DNA from: Thermoplasmata archaeon | GTDB taxonomy: Archaea > Thermoplasmatota > Thermoplasmata > Thermoplasmatales > GCA-001856825 | Length of the DNA stretch: 64,000 bases | Assembly (NCBI GenBank): GCA_023256475.1 | Contig: JAGDXP010000002.1 | Span: forward strand, 35,116 to 99,115 | Direction of reading: 5' to 3' | Position numbers and translations under genes: made by a program | Notes under the pieces: generated by a model | What the model was told of the DNA's origin: nothing | What the model saw: only the letters and a program-made list of their open reading frames with translations | Database searches by the model: none | Shown: in pieces, positions 1 to 8,498 of the stretch | Numbering within the stretch: the stretch's first letter is position 1 | How the letters are laid out: every line of letters begins with the position of its first letter

Positions 1-1
1 A

Positions 2-487
2 GAGAAGAAAACCTGGACCGTAAGCGAAATTCTACAGAGACTTGGAAAACAGATGAAGTGCAGATCAATTTTGAAAGTTGCATATGAGAAGGGAATCGAT
101 ATATTCATACCTGGATATGTAGATGGGGCATTCGGCTCACAGATCTGGTCCTTCTGGGAAATGCATCGGGATTTCAATGTGGATCTCCTCATGGACGAAC
201 ATAAGATTTCAGATATTGTGATGTCTAATAATGACAAACCCATGGGAGCCTTGATGATCGGAGGGGGAATATCCAAACATCATGTCATCTGGTGGAATCA
301 ATTCAGAGGTGGGCTGGACTACGCCGTATACATAACAACAGCTCAGGAATACGACGGCTCTCTTTCAGGTGCTCAGTTGAGGGAAGCTATTAGCTGGGGA
401 AAAGTAAAGGAAAAGGCAAAACAGATAACCATAGAAGGTGAGGCAACAGTCCTATTACCATTACTAGTCTCTGCATTTCTTGAATAG
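2..487 (+). CDS. dys: Deoxyhypusine synthase, C-terminal portion (5' end lies upstream of the window)
   Basis: The frame is open from base 2 with no stop. The translation contains FIPGYVDGAFGSQIW, MIGGGISKHHVIWWNQF, QEYDGSLSGA and AISWGK, which are blocks typical of the C-terminal half of deoxyhypusine synthases. Confidence 0.85.
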   Translation, partial: EKKTWTVSEILQRLGKQMKCRSILKVAYEKGIDIFIPGYVDGAFGSQIWSFWEMHRDFNVDLLMDEHKISDIVMSNNDKPMGALMIGGGISKHHVIWWNQFRGGLDYAVYITTAQEYDGSLSGAQLREAISWGKVKEKAKQITIEGEATVLLPLLVSAFLE

Positions 488-489
488 CT

Positions 490-1224
490 TCATACAAAAT
501 CATAATTGAAATTTAATCTTTCCAATTTCTCCTTCAATTCCATTTTTTGCTTTGAGTTGAACGATTTCTCATCTATCAAGAAACCTTTGCATTTATCTGT
601 CTTTTCATACATCTGGGTTAGAATATTCTCGGTGAGTTCGTTAAATCTGTACTTAGACGCGATATGACCGAATTTTATTCCCTCCTCTATGGCCATCCTT
701 GTGAACTTCTCTGAATAATGTGGGCCTCCAATTCCGCAGTAGCTTTCATCTCTCACTGGAGATGAGCTCAGTATAGCTTTTGCAACAAGCTCTCCTGCGT
801 GCTGATCCCTATATTCCCTTTCAGTTGATCCAATTTCAACAAATATCAATTTTTGATTGGAAGCGGGTCCGTGATGAGTCGCTTCGTATGTTACCCTATA
901 ATCGGTATCATTAAGATTACTGAGATTGATCAATATGGAATGCAATAAAAAAGGATCCGTATAAGTTAGAAAATTCCTCTCACCACCAAGATCGTTGGTG
1001 GAAAAATTACCAGCACTGTGAACTGTTAGGCTCTTAACTTCCTTAGCACTGCTATGCCTGCTCAGGAATACAACAGTTTCACCACTTGGGATTTCCATAC
1101 TTCTTTCAAAATATTCTAGATAAACGGGATGAGTTTCGGTGAAAATAACCCTAATTCCCAGTTCTTCTAGATGCTTTGCAATATTTAAACCTGCATCGTC
1201 TGATTTGGATGCGATAAATATCAT
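490..1224 (-). CDS. dtdA: D-aminoacyl-tRNA deacylase, archaeal DtdA/DTD2 type
   Basis: 244-aa ORF with an N-terminal MIFIASKSDDAG and the YEATHHGP block characteristic of the archaeal DtdA family. It is convergent with dys, separated by a 2-nt gap. Confidence 0.75.
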   Translation of the reverse strand: MIFIASKSDDAGLNIAKHLEELGIRVIFTETHPVYLEYFERSMEIPSGETVVFLSRHSSAKEVKSLTVHSAGNFSTNDLGGERNFLTYTDPFLLHSILINLSNLNDTDYRVTYEATHHGPASNQKLIFVEIGSTEREYRDQHAGELVAKAILSSSPVRDESYCGIGGPHYSEKFTRMAIEEGIKFGHIASKYRFNELTENILTQMYEKTDKCKGFLIDEKSFNSKQKMELKEKLERLNFNYDFV

Positions 1225-1301
1225 AGGTCTCCAGACAATCCATTAATATCAATCTAATAGCGTTTTCTTTTTATAGGATAAATAACTAATCTTCGATAAT
1301 A

Positions 1302-1955
1302 ATGGAATATCCTTATGTTCCATCAAAATTTGTAAGCTGGGAAGAAATAGAAAGATGGGCAGAAATTGTGGTTGAAAAGATTGGAAATAGGAAGTTTGAT
1401 TCAATAATTGCCGTGATCAGAGGAGGTCTTGTGCCAGCGAGAATAATAGCAGATTACCTAAACATAAAGGATGTTTTTACATTGAAAACGGAGCATTGGG
1501 GTGTAACCGCATCACCTGACATGAAGGCAAGGATAACACATCCTGTAGTTATAGATTTGACCGGAAAGGATGTCCTTATTGTGGATGATATCACAGATAC
1601 TGGTGATTCTCTTTCCCTGGCAATAGAAGCTACCAGGAAAAAATCCCCCAAATCGCTTGCGACAGCAACATTACTTCACATAACAAGGTCAAAAATTCAG
1701 CCTGATTATTATGCGGAAGAGATAACGGCACAAAACTGGAAATGGTTCATATTCCCCTGGAACAGAAAGGAAGACCTGAGGAATCTAATACTTGGCTGCC
1801 TCAATTCAGAGTCCACTGAGGAGGATGCAGTAACTTGCATGGCTAAGAAGCATGATTTGTTCATTACAAGGAGAGAATTTCATGAGACATTAGATTGGCT
1901 GGTTAAGACACATAAAATAGCCTTTGAAGATGGAATTATAAAGAAAATTCAATGA
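1302..1955 (+). CDS. Purine (hypoxanthine/guanine-type) phosphoribosyltransferase
   Basis: Contains the PRPP-binding loop VLIVDDITDTGDSL and AVIRGGLVPARIIADYL, both typical of type I phosphoribosyltransferases. It also carries an extra C-terminal extension of about 50 aa. Confidence 0.75.
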   Translation: MEYPYVPSKFVSWEEIERWAEIVVEKIGNRKFDSIIAVIRGGLVPARIIADYLNIKDVFTLKTEHWGVTASPDMKARITHPVVIDLTGKDVLIVDDITDTGDSLSLAIEATRKKSPKSLATATLLHITRSKIQPDYYAEEITAQNWKWFIFPWNRKEDLRNLILGCLNSESTEEDAVTCMAKKHDLFITRREFHETLDWLVKTHKIAFEDGIIKKIQ

Positions 1956-1956
1956 A

Positions 1957-2886
1957 TTATTTTGTTACGATGGTTCCCTCATTTCCTCGAAGAGCCTCAT
2001 AGAGGTGGGGAGCATCAGTTATAATTGATTTTCTTCCTGTTTTCTCAGTGAACTGAATAGCAGCTTGGATCTTTGGAAGCATGCTTCCTGAACCAAAGTG
2101 CCCTTCCTCCATGTATTTTCTCAGTTTTTCCACACTCACTACTCCCAATTTCTCCTGGTTTGGCTTTCCAAAATTTAGGAAAGCCGCCTTAACTGCTGTA
2201 AGTATTATGAATATATCTGCTTCAATTTCCACCGCCAATAAAGAGGATGCCAAATCTTTGTCTATAACAGCCTCCACTCCGGCATATCCATCGGGGGTTT
2301 CAATAACTGGAATTCCTCCACCTCCAACTGCAATGGGTACATCTCCTCGCTCCAGAATATCCTTGATTATCTTCAATTCTATGATTTTCTTTGGCGTTGG
2401 TGAAGGGACTACCCTTCTGTACCCCCTTCCAGAATCCTCCTTCAATCTATACCCGTAAGTCCTTTCAAGGATTGATGCTTCCTCCCTGGTGTAATATTTA
2501 CCTACGGGCTTTGTAGGATTCTTAAATGCTGGGTCATCTTTATCAACCAACACTCTAGTTACAACTCCGGCAATATCCTTTTCAATTTTGTTTTCTCTCA
2601 GAACCTTTCCAAAAGCCGTTTGAAGGAAATACGCAATGGAGCCCTGGGACATGGCATCACATACATCCAAGGGCATCGGAGGCGTAATGGATGCAGCATA
2701 TTCATTTTGAAGCAATATGGCACCAACCTGTGGTCCATTTCCATGCGTTAATACCACATGGTTGTCCCTAAAAATTTCAATGGTTCTGTATGCTGTTTCC
2801 TCCGCCCTCCTGATTTGTTCCGCTGCAGTCCCTTTATCATATTTTTCAAGCAGGGCATTTCCACCAACAGCCATGACTACTTTCAT
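1957..2886 (-). CDS. arcC: Carbamate kinase
   Basis: Contains the MKVVMAVGGNALL, THGNGPQVG and GGGGIPV blocks of carbamate kinase. The ORF-track start at 2895 is a GTG. The ATG at 2886 gives the canonical N-terminus, so I chose it. Confidence 0.9.
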   Translation of the reverse strand: MKVVMAVGGNALLEKYDKGTAAEQIRRAEETAYRTIEIFRDNHVVLTHGNGPQVGAILLQNEYAASITPPMPLDVCDAMSQGSIAYFLQTAFGKVLRENKIEKDIAGVVTRVLVDKDDPAFKNPTKPVGKYYTREEASILERTYGYRLKEDSGRGYRRVVPSPTPKKIIELKIIKDILERGDVPIAVGGGGIPVIETPDGYAGVEAVIDKDLASSLLAVEIEADIFIILTAVKAAFLNFGKPNQEKLGVVSVEKLRKYMEEGHFGSGSMLPKIQAAIQFTEKTGRKSIITDAPHLYEALRGNEGTIVTK

Positions 2887-2944
2887 ATAAGTCACCGAGA
2901 GAATGGGATATGGCTTGCGGATATTAAAAAGGTTTTATGAAAGG

Positions 2945-3571
2945 TCACTTTAAAACCTTTCCTGTTATGATGTACCATATAATCAGATCCATTATACCCG
3001 CATCCATGCTGAAATCTGATGAAACCTTGCTGAAGTATTTCTCCGCTTCCAGATATGCTCTGCGGGATTTATTGCTGAATTCCCTGCCGAAATATTCCAT
3101 TAAAAACCTTAAAATGTGCTTATCCAGTATGGCGTATTCAAAGTAACCAATATTCCTGAGGAAATGGGAACCCTCTTTATAACCAATGCCAATGAAGTTT
3201 TCATATATGAAATCACGTCTATATTCTGGCTCGTCCATTTCCTTGATCAGTTCAAGCAGGTATCTCTTTTCATAGTTTTGATGGATAAATTTTGACCTCG
3301 TATTGGGAAACCTGTAACCGCATTTCCTTAACCTCAGTTGAATGTCTTGCAGGGATTGGAAATCTGCTTCCTTCAAAGAATTTATGCATTTTATACCTAA
3401 TTCTGCACTTGTATTGGCAGTTAGTGTGCAGAACGTGAGCTCTTGAAAAAGTATTTCATAATTGGCAAATTTTAAAGATACAAATTCCGATACCCTTTGT
3501 GTAACCACTCCGATCAAAGTCCTGTTTTCGAGCGCTTCCTCTATTTTCCTATCCCATTCTTCCTTTATCAT
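2945..3571 (-). CDS. ogg: 8-oxoguanine DNA glycosylase/AP lyase, archaeal Ogg (HhH-GPD) type
   Basis: The block GIGYKEGSHFLRNIGYFEYAILDKHILRFL is the helix-hairpin-helix region seen in archaeal Ogg enzymes. The length of 208 aa also fits. Confidence 0.7.
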   Translation of the reverse strand: MIKEEWDRKIEEALENRTLIGVVTQRVSEFVSLKFANYEILFQELTFCTLTANTSAELGIKCINSLKEADFQSLQDIQLRLRKCGYRFPNTRSKFIHQNYEKRYLLELIKEMDEPEYRRDFIYENFIGIGYKEGSHFLRNIGYFEYAILDKHILRFLMEYFGREFSNKSRRAYLEAEKYFSKVSSDFSMDAGIMDLIIWYIITGKVLK

Positions 3572-3668
3572 TTTTCAGGGCCAATTAGATAACTTAAGAT
3601 ATAGATTTCCCCTATTTCATTCAAATTCTATATATATTAAATAGTTATACAAGTATTGGTGAATCAAC

Positions 3669-3884
3669 ATGGGAGATTTAACACCAAATGCTCAAAAAGT
3701 TTATGATGCGCTCAAGAAACTGGGTGCAACCAACGAGGAGAAGCTGAAGACAGCGGATGATGTGATGAAGGCATCCCAAATGGGAAAGGGAGTAGTTAAT
3801 AACGCACTGCAGGAACTTCAGAACAAGGGATATGTAAAAAGAGTTGCCAGGCAAAAGAGCGCTGGTTACTATATAATTAAGTAA
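3669..3884 (+). CDS. Small winged-helix DNA-binding protein (uncharacterised)
   Basis: 71 aa. The segment ASQMGKGVVNNALQELQNKGYVKRV reads as a recognition helix followed by a wing. Its TAA stop overlaps the ATG of the next gene (TAATG at 3882-3886). Confidence 0.5.
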   Translation: MGDLTPNAQKVYDALKKLGATNEEKLKTADDVMKASQMGKGVVNNALQELQNKGYVKRVARQKSAGYYIIK

Positions 3885-5038
3885 TGAGAACCTTAATTTT
3901 ATGTGTTGACAGAGATAACGATTTAGGTGAAAAGGCCCGCATTAAGACCCCAATCATAGGGAGGGAATTTGTACTTAATGCGGGGATTTCTTTACTGTTG
4001 GCAGATCCTGAAGATTCTGACGGTAATTCTCTATTTTTAGCTGTAAAAGAATACGATGACTTGAAGAAAAAGGGAGAAGATGTTGAAGTAGCCGCGATAG
4101 CAGGTGACAAGAATGTAGGAGGAGTCTCTGATCTAATTATATCAGAACAGCTTGATAAGGTTCTAAAAGCAACCAATCCCGACAATGCCATATTTATCTC
4201 TGATGGTGCAGAAGATGAATTCATCCTTCCCTTGATCCTTTCGAGGATTAAGATTAGAATGGTTAAGAGGGTAGTTGTAAGGCAGGAAAAGAACATCGAA
4301 TCACTATATTATATCATAATAAAGGCTCTCAAGGAAGAAAAATTCCTAAGGAGAGTCCTGGCCCCCTTGGGAGTGGCATTCCTAGTACTGGGGATATCAA
4401 TGCTTCTCATTTTCATATTGAGAATAGTGTATTTTGGGCTGGGATCATTGGACCCAGCTACTGCTGGATTTATATCTGTAACCACAGCTATTGGCATCTA
4501 TTTCCTGGCGAAAGCCTATTCAATAGGTAAGCGTGTCTCAGAAGCCTGGGAACGTTTGGAAGAGCAGTTCATGAATACAAGGATTACAGTTTTCTCAGGT
4601 CTAGTTGGAGTTTCAATTATAATTTATGGAATATATGTTGGTTTTCAGGCAGCACTATCTCAGACTATAGTTTATGAGGCCATCCTTCTTCTCTTATACA
4701 GATTTGTACCGATTTTTATAATCGGCATAATTGTCTATGACATAGGAAGAATCATGGAATCGCTCAGAATAGTTAAGGAGGATGAAAAGAAGAGGTACCT
4801 TATGAGATATGCATTTTCAGCCCTATTCTCAGTTAGTTTTGCGGCGGCTATTATGGGTCTCCTAACTTTAGTAGGGCTCGGGATTTTCAGAATTCAATTT
4901 GGGAATACCATTATTTACGCCATAGCTCTGTTCGGTGGAGGTATATTGGGTGGAGCGCTTGTGTCAATCGCGAGAAGAAAGCTCTTGCCGGATGAGATGG
5001 ACAGCGGAGAAGTTAAATCTCCACAGACAGATAGTTAG
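3884..5038 (+). CDS. DUF373-like archaeal integral membrane protein
   Basis: Has an N-terminal soluble domain (ILCVDRDNDLGEK...ISDGAEDEF) followed by several long hydrophobic segments. This architecture recalls the archaeal DUF373 family. The family assignment is from memory, not from a search. Confidence 0.55.
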   Translation: MRTLILCVDRDNDLGEKARIKTPIIGREFVLNAGISLLLADPEDSDGNSLFLAVKEYDDLKKKGEDVEVAAIAGDKNVGGVSDLIISEQLDKVLKATNPDNAIFISDGAEDEFILPLILSRIKIRMVKRVVVRQEKNIESLYYIIIKALKEEKFLRRVLAPLGVAFLVLGISMLLIFILRIVYFGLGSLDPATAGFISVTTAIGIYFLAKAYSIGKRVSEAWERLEEQFMNTRITVFSGLVGVSIIIYGIYVGFQAALSQTIVYEAILLLLYRFVPIFIIGIIVYDIGRIMESLRIVKEDEKKRYLMRYAFSALFSVSFAAAIMGLLTLVGLGIFRIQFGNTIIYAIALFGGGILGGALVSIARRKLLPDEMDSGEVKSPQTDS

Positions 5039-5606
5039 TTCCTTTGGCTTTGATCCCTATCTTGACTTCCTCTCTGGCATCATTCTGGCGCAATACATTA
5101 AGAACGATTTGTGGAAACTTCTTCCAGAAGTTAGGGAGGCAAATATAATAGGACCCAGGGATCCGCCTGAGGATCTGGATGGTTATAACATAGTGGCGGA
5201 TTCTGCTTTAAATTATTACCAAGGTAGATTCCAGATGTTGGTTACTGACCTTGATGGACCCATAGAAAGGATAATTTCTTCATCTAAGGATGGAAAATAC
5301 ATAGTCGTTCATGCACACGGTGACAATATAGACAAAATTTTGGAGTACGTCCCCCAATTGCAGGGAAACATCCTAGGCACAACCCAGAGTATACCAGTTA
5401 GAAATGTTAGAAACATAGGAGGATTCACAGATGGAGATAGGTCAGTGTTAATGGCTGCAATTTTAGGGGCCAAGGAGATTAATATATACGGTTTCGATTT
5501 TGAAAATCCCGTTGATGAACCCAAGAATATAAAAGCGAAGAAGATGAAATTCGCAAGGGAAATAATTGAAAAATTGAAAAATATAAGAATACAATACATC
5601 CAGTAA
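4992..5606 (+). CDS. mptE: MptE-like 6-hydroxymethyl-7,8-dihydropterin pyrophosphokinase (DUF115 family)
   Basis: Contains the VTDLDG, VHAHGDN and GGFTDGDRS blocks typical of archaeal MptE/DUF115. The track start at 4935 is a GTG that overlaps DUF373 by about 100 nt. I prefer the ATG at 4992 (47-nt overlap), but the start remains uncertain. Confidence 0.65.
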   Translation: MRWTAEKLNLHRQIVSSFGFDPYLDFLSGIILAQYIKNDLWKLLPEVREANIIGPRDPPEDLDGYNIVADSALNYYQGRFQMLVTDLDGPIERIISSSKDGKYIVVHAHGDNIDKILEYVPQLQGNILGTTQSIPVRNVRNIGGFTDGDRSVLMAAILGAKEINIYGFDFENPVDEPKNIKAKKMKFAREIIEKLKNIRIQYIQ

Positions 5607-6040
5607 TGATTGTCCTAGATGCAATGCTTGGGAGATTATCCAAATACCTTCGCCTGCTGGGGTATGATCTCATAATCGTCAGCAACGAACTGTCTGATGA
5701 TTCCATAATCCAACAATATGGAAATTACCTTATATTGACCAGGGACAGAAACCTTGCCAAGAAGGCGCCCAGAAGCATTTATGTGAATAGCGATATTGTA
5801 ACAGAGCAGACAAAAGAGGTGCTTCCCGTTTTACCCAAACCAGAACATGAGAAATTCAGTTTATGCACAATATGCGGCAATCCCTTGATTGAGGTCTTAA
5901 GTAGGGATAATCTTCCAGATTATGTGCCAAAGGATAAAGATAGAATATACTACTGCAGTAAATGCAATAAATATTACTGGTATGGTTCGCACTTAAGAAA
6001 TTTCATACAGTCCATGGGGAAGATCGGAATTGAGATTTGA
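5606..6040 (+). CDS. Mut7-C domain protein (PIN-like RNase fold plus C-terminal zinc ribbon)
   Basis: The N-terminus MIVLDAMLGRLSKYLRLLGYD...LILTRDRNL and the C-terminal CTICGNPL...CSKCNKYYWYGSH match the Mut7-C (PF01927/COG1656) pattern. Its ATG overlaps the mptE stop (TAATG). Confidence 0.8.
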   Translation: MIVLDAMLGRLSKYLRLLGYDLIIVSNELSDDSIIQQYGNYLILTRDRNLAKKAPRSIYVNSDIVTEQTKEVLPVLPKPEHEKFSLCTICGNPLIEVLSRDNLPDYVPKDKDRIYYCSKCNKYYWYGSHLRNFIQSMGKIGIEI

Positions 6041-7004
6041 AAGACTGGATGATAGATTGAAAATAGAGGTTACGAAGGATGAGGATTTGTGGTACCTATC
6101 CCTTGTTCTAACTCCGGGAGATATTATCTTTTCCGATGTTTTTAGAAGAACTGAAGATAAAGGGGATAAAATAAGGAGTAAAAAGACAGCCAGAGAGAGA
6201 ATTAGAGTAGGAATAAGGATGGAAAGCCTTGAATTTCTGGAATTTAATGGCCAGTTGCATATTTTAGGAAGAATAGTTTTTGGACCTGAAGACTACCTTG
6301 AATCATATCAATCCATAAACATACAAAAGGACTCTCAAATAGAAGTAATACCAAAGAACCCAGAATTTTTTGTTAAGAATCTTGAAGAATTTCTAGATTT
6401 TGCCCAGGAAAGCTTCTTATTACTCTCGGTAGATGATGAGGCCATCAAGCTTTATAAAATATCTGAAAATGACAATTTATTGCTATTTGAAATTGATAGG
6501 CACATAGGCAAACAGTATGAAACTCAGGATACCAAATGGCTTGACGAACTCAAGAGAAGGCTCAAAAATTATTCCGATAAAGAAATATTCTTAGTTGGAC
6601 CATCTCTATTCAAAGAACAGCTTGTACGGGAACTAAAGGATTTCAAAATAACCAATACTACCATTTCGGAATCAGGAGAACAAGGGATCCGCGAGCTATT
6701 GCAATCGGGGTTAACCAAACTGAGAAAGTCCTTTGAAAATGAGTTGGTTGCACAATTCCTTAAAAGGATTGCGAATGAAACAGGTCTCTATGGCATTGAA
6801 AAAATTAAAGAAGCATTAGACATGAGATCTGTGGAAATAATTCTCATGACTGATAGATATTTCAGAGAAAATGCGGGAAACGAAATCTTTCAGAAATGCT
6901 ATAGTGGCGGTTGCAAAATATTCGTACTTCATTCTTCATGGGAAACGGGCAAGATTATCCAATCTTTTGGAGGTATTGCAGCAATTTTAAGATACAAAAT
7001 ATGA
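6030..7004 (+). CDS. pelA: Pelota (Dom34-like ribosome rescue factor)
   Basis: 324 aa with an eRF1-like layout but no GGQ or NIKS motif. Its C-terminal FGGIAAILRYKI parallels the FGGIGAILRYTN of aRF1 in this same window. It has a TTG start that overlaps the previous gene by 11 nt. Confidence 0.85.
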   Translation: MRFERLDDRLKIEVTKDEDLWYLSLVLTPGDIIFSDVFRRTEDKGDKIRSKKTARERIRVGIRMESLEFLEFNGQLHILGRIVFGPEDYLESYQSINIQKDSQIEVIPKNPEFFVKNLEEFLDFAQESFLLLSVDDEAIKLYKISENDNLLLFEIDRHIGKQYETQDTKWLDELKRRLKNYSDKEIFLVGPSLFKEQLVRELKDFKITNTTISESGEQGIRELLQSGLTKLRKSFENELVAQFLKRIANETGLYGIEKIKEALDMRSVEIILMTDRYFRENAGNEIFQKCYSGGCKIFVLHSSWETGKIIQSFGGIAAILRYKI

Positions 7005-7005
7005 A

Positions 7006-7203
7006 TTATCCGCCGGAGAACGCCTTCATTATAACTATCTCCTCGCCTTCCTTAGGTATTTCGTCGTCAGGAACCGGCAATCCATCTCTGAGGAAGATCA
7101 CAGATTCCGGGTTATAACCTAAATCCTTGGCTACTTCTCTTAATTCATAGTTCTTCTCGATGACCCGTATTGAATTTTTATCCAGCAACCTTACTTTGAA
7201 CAA
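7006..7203 (-). CDS. Ubiquitin-like beta-grasp protein of the ThiS/MoaD/SAMP type with a C-terminal Gly-Gly
   Basis: 65 aa ending in ...KAFSGG followed directly by a stop. Size and sequence pattern fit ThiS/MoaD-like small modifier or sulfur-carrier proteins. The start codon is TTG. Confidence 0.6.
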   Translation of the reverse strand: MFKVRLLDKNSIRVIEKNYELREVAKDLGYNPESVIFLRDGLPVPDDEIPKEGEEIVIMKAFSGG

Positions 7204-7322
7204 CAGATGGATATAAAGATCCGATATTTTATACTAGTGAATACTTCTATCGATCAAATTTCAATCTGACCTTAGTGAAAATGGAAAGGAAAATATATCT
7301 AGATTAATAAATGATAAAACAA

Positions 7323-7943
7323 TTAATACATGTCCTTTATTTGCGTCTGGAAGGCGACTAATGAATTACTTGTAGAAGTTCCTATAAATTCCTGTAATAA
7401 TATGAACTTCCCATTATGTGCAAAGTATATGGTAGCGTTTAAGCTGGAACTGGTATTAATTTCATACTCGCTGTATGCAAAATTCATGAATGAGCCATTA
7501 CCGATTAACTTAAGTGTTGATGATTTCTCAATTCCTTTCATAACAACCTGGTATACCTTCGCTGCATCAGAACTATTTTGAGCTTCTAATATAAGTACTG
7601 CTATTAGATTGAAGCTTATAGAATTACCTGTCCCATTAGCTGCATAAAGCCACATTTCTGCCTTTTGCAGTTCACTGTAAGTTGAACCAGATAAATTCAA
7701 ACTGGTCTTAGTGATGTTTTGAGTATAGTTCTCTCCGGTGAAATTTTCATGATAAATAGACTTCAATTGTTGCGTAGTAATGAATGCAAAAGATGGTTGC
7801 TGGAGAGCGACGGAGTTATTGGTATAAAGTTTAGGAACAATTATGGCAGCCGCAATCACTGCTATCAACACCAATACAACTATTAAGATCCCCACACTCT
7901 TCTTTTTCTTATGTGGTTCATTATTCACCCCAGAATTATCCAT
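7323..7943 (-). CDS. Hypothetical membrane-anchored extracellular protein
   Basis: A basic N-terminus is followed by one hydrophobic helix (SVGILIVVLVLIAVIAAAIIV). The rest is an Asn/Ser/Thr-rich ectodomain with several N-x-S/T sequons. I recognised no family. Confidence 0.5.
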   Translation of the reverse strand: MDNSGVNNEPHKKKKSVGILIVVLVLIAVIAAAIIVPKLYTNNSVALQQPSFAFITTQQLKSIYHENFTGENYTQNITKTSLNLSGSTYSELQKAEMWLYAANGTGNSISFNLIAVLILEAQNSSDAAKVYQVVMKGIEKSSTLKLIGNGSFMNFAYSEYEINTSSSLNATIYFAHNGKFILLQEFIGTSTSNSLVAFQTQIKDMY

Positions 7944-8067
7944 AAATGATAGTTTTTAGATTTATTTAAGCATTGTTAAATTTTACTTTTAAATTCCAAC
8001 TATCTAATAAAAATGAATTTAGGAAAAATCTAACTTAATTATCAGGTCTGCAAAAATATGAATAACA

Positions 8068-8140
8068 TAGCCCCGAGCAGATTCGAACTGCTGTCTGCGG
8101 GTCCAGAGCCCGCTATGCTTGGCCGCTACACCACGGGGCT
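8068..8140 (-). tRNA. tRNA-Gln (anticodon CUG)
   Basis: The reverse complement folds as a cloverleaf. The acceptor stem is AGCCCCG/CGGGGCT plus discriminator A. The anticodon stem is GCGGG/CCCGC with loop CTCTGGA, and the T arm is AGCAG-TTCGAAT-CTGCT. Confidence 0.9.
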
Positions 8141-8498
8141 AACTACTGGTTTATTAATAACTATTAGATATTATTTACTGTAGAGTTTATTTCTTTGAAA
8201 GTCCAATTATATAAGCTTATTACCAGATCATGTGGTTTCCATAATGCCTTTTAAATTACCAATTTGAATGTCGTTATCCTCAGATACAATGGTAAATCGC
8301 ATGTTTGCAACCAAATTAATTCTTCAAGCAAACTAATTTTCAATCTAAGCATGAGTCCAATTCTTGAAATCGATGAATGAAAATTTATTCCAATGTGAAC
8401 TCTATCTCGAATTTAACAAAATCTAAAGGGTTCTATATTGGGCATTGAAACTCAACATTTTTATAATTTCGGTTATTATGGTGAAAGAAGTGATTTAA

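Noticed and set aside
3877-4296. 139-aa minus-strand ORF antisense to the DUF373 gene. Similar long antisense ORFs occur at 2081-2458, 8495-8839, 12456-12866, 28785-29525 and 37875-38216.
   Set aside because: Each lies entirely inside a well-supported gene on the other strand. Their translations are low-complexity (Ser/Leu/Ile/Pro/Phe-rich) with no recognisable motifs. This is the expected by-product of stop-poor antisense frames.
4935-4991. Track start (GTG at 4935) for the MptE-like gene, giving a ~100-nt overlap with DUF373.
   Set aside because: Homology to the MptE/DUF115 family begins well downstream. The ATG at 4992 is a more conservative start. The true start is still uncertain.
8141-8498. 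Small ORFs in the gap after tRNA-Gln, for example a 24-codon minus-strand MRFTIVSEDNDIQIGNLKGIMETT.
   Set aside because: They are too short, have no Shine-Dalgarno or promoter context that I could tie to them, and have no recognisable family. They cannot be supported from sequence alone.
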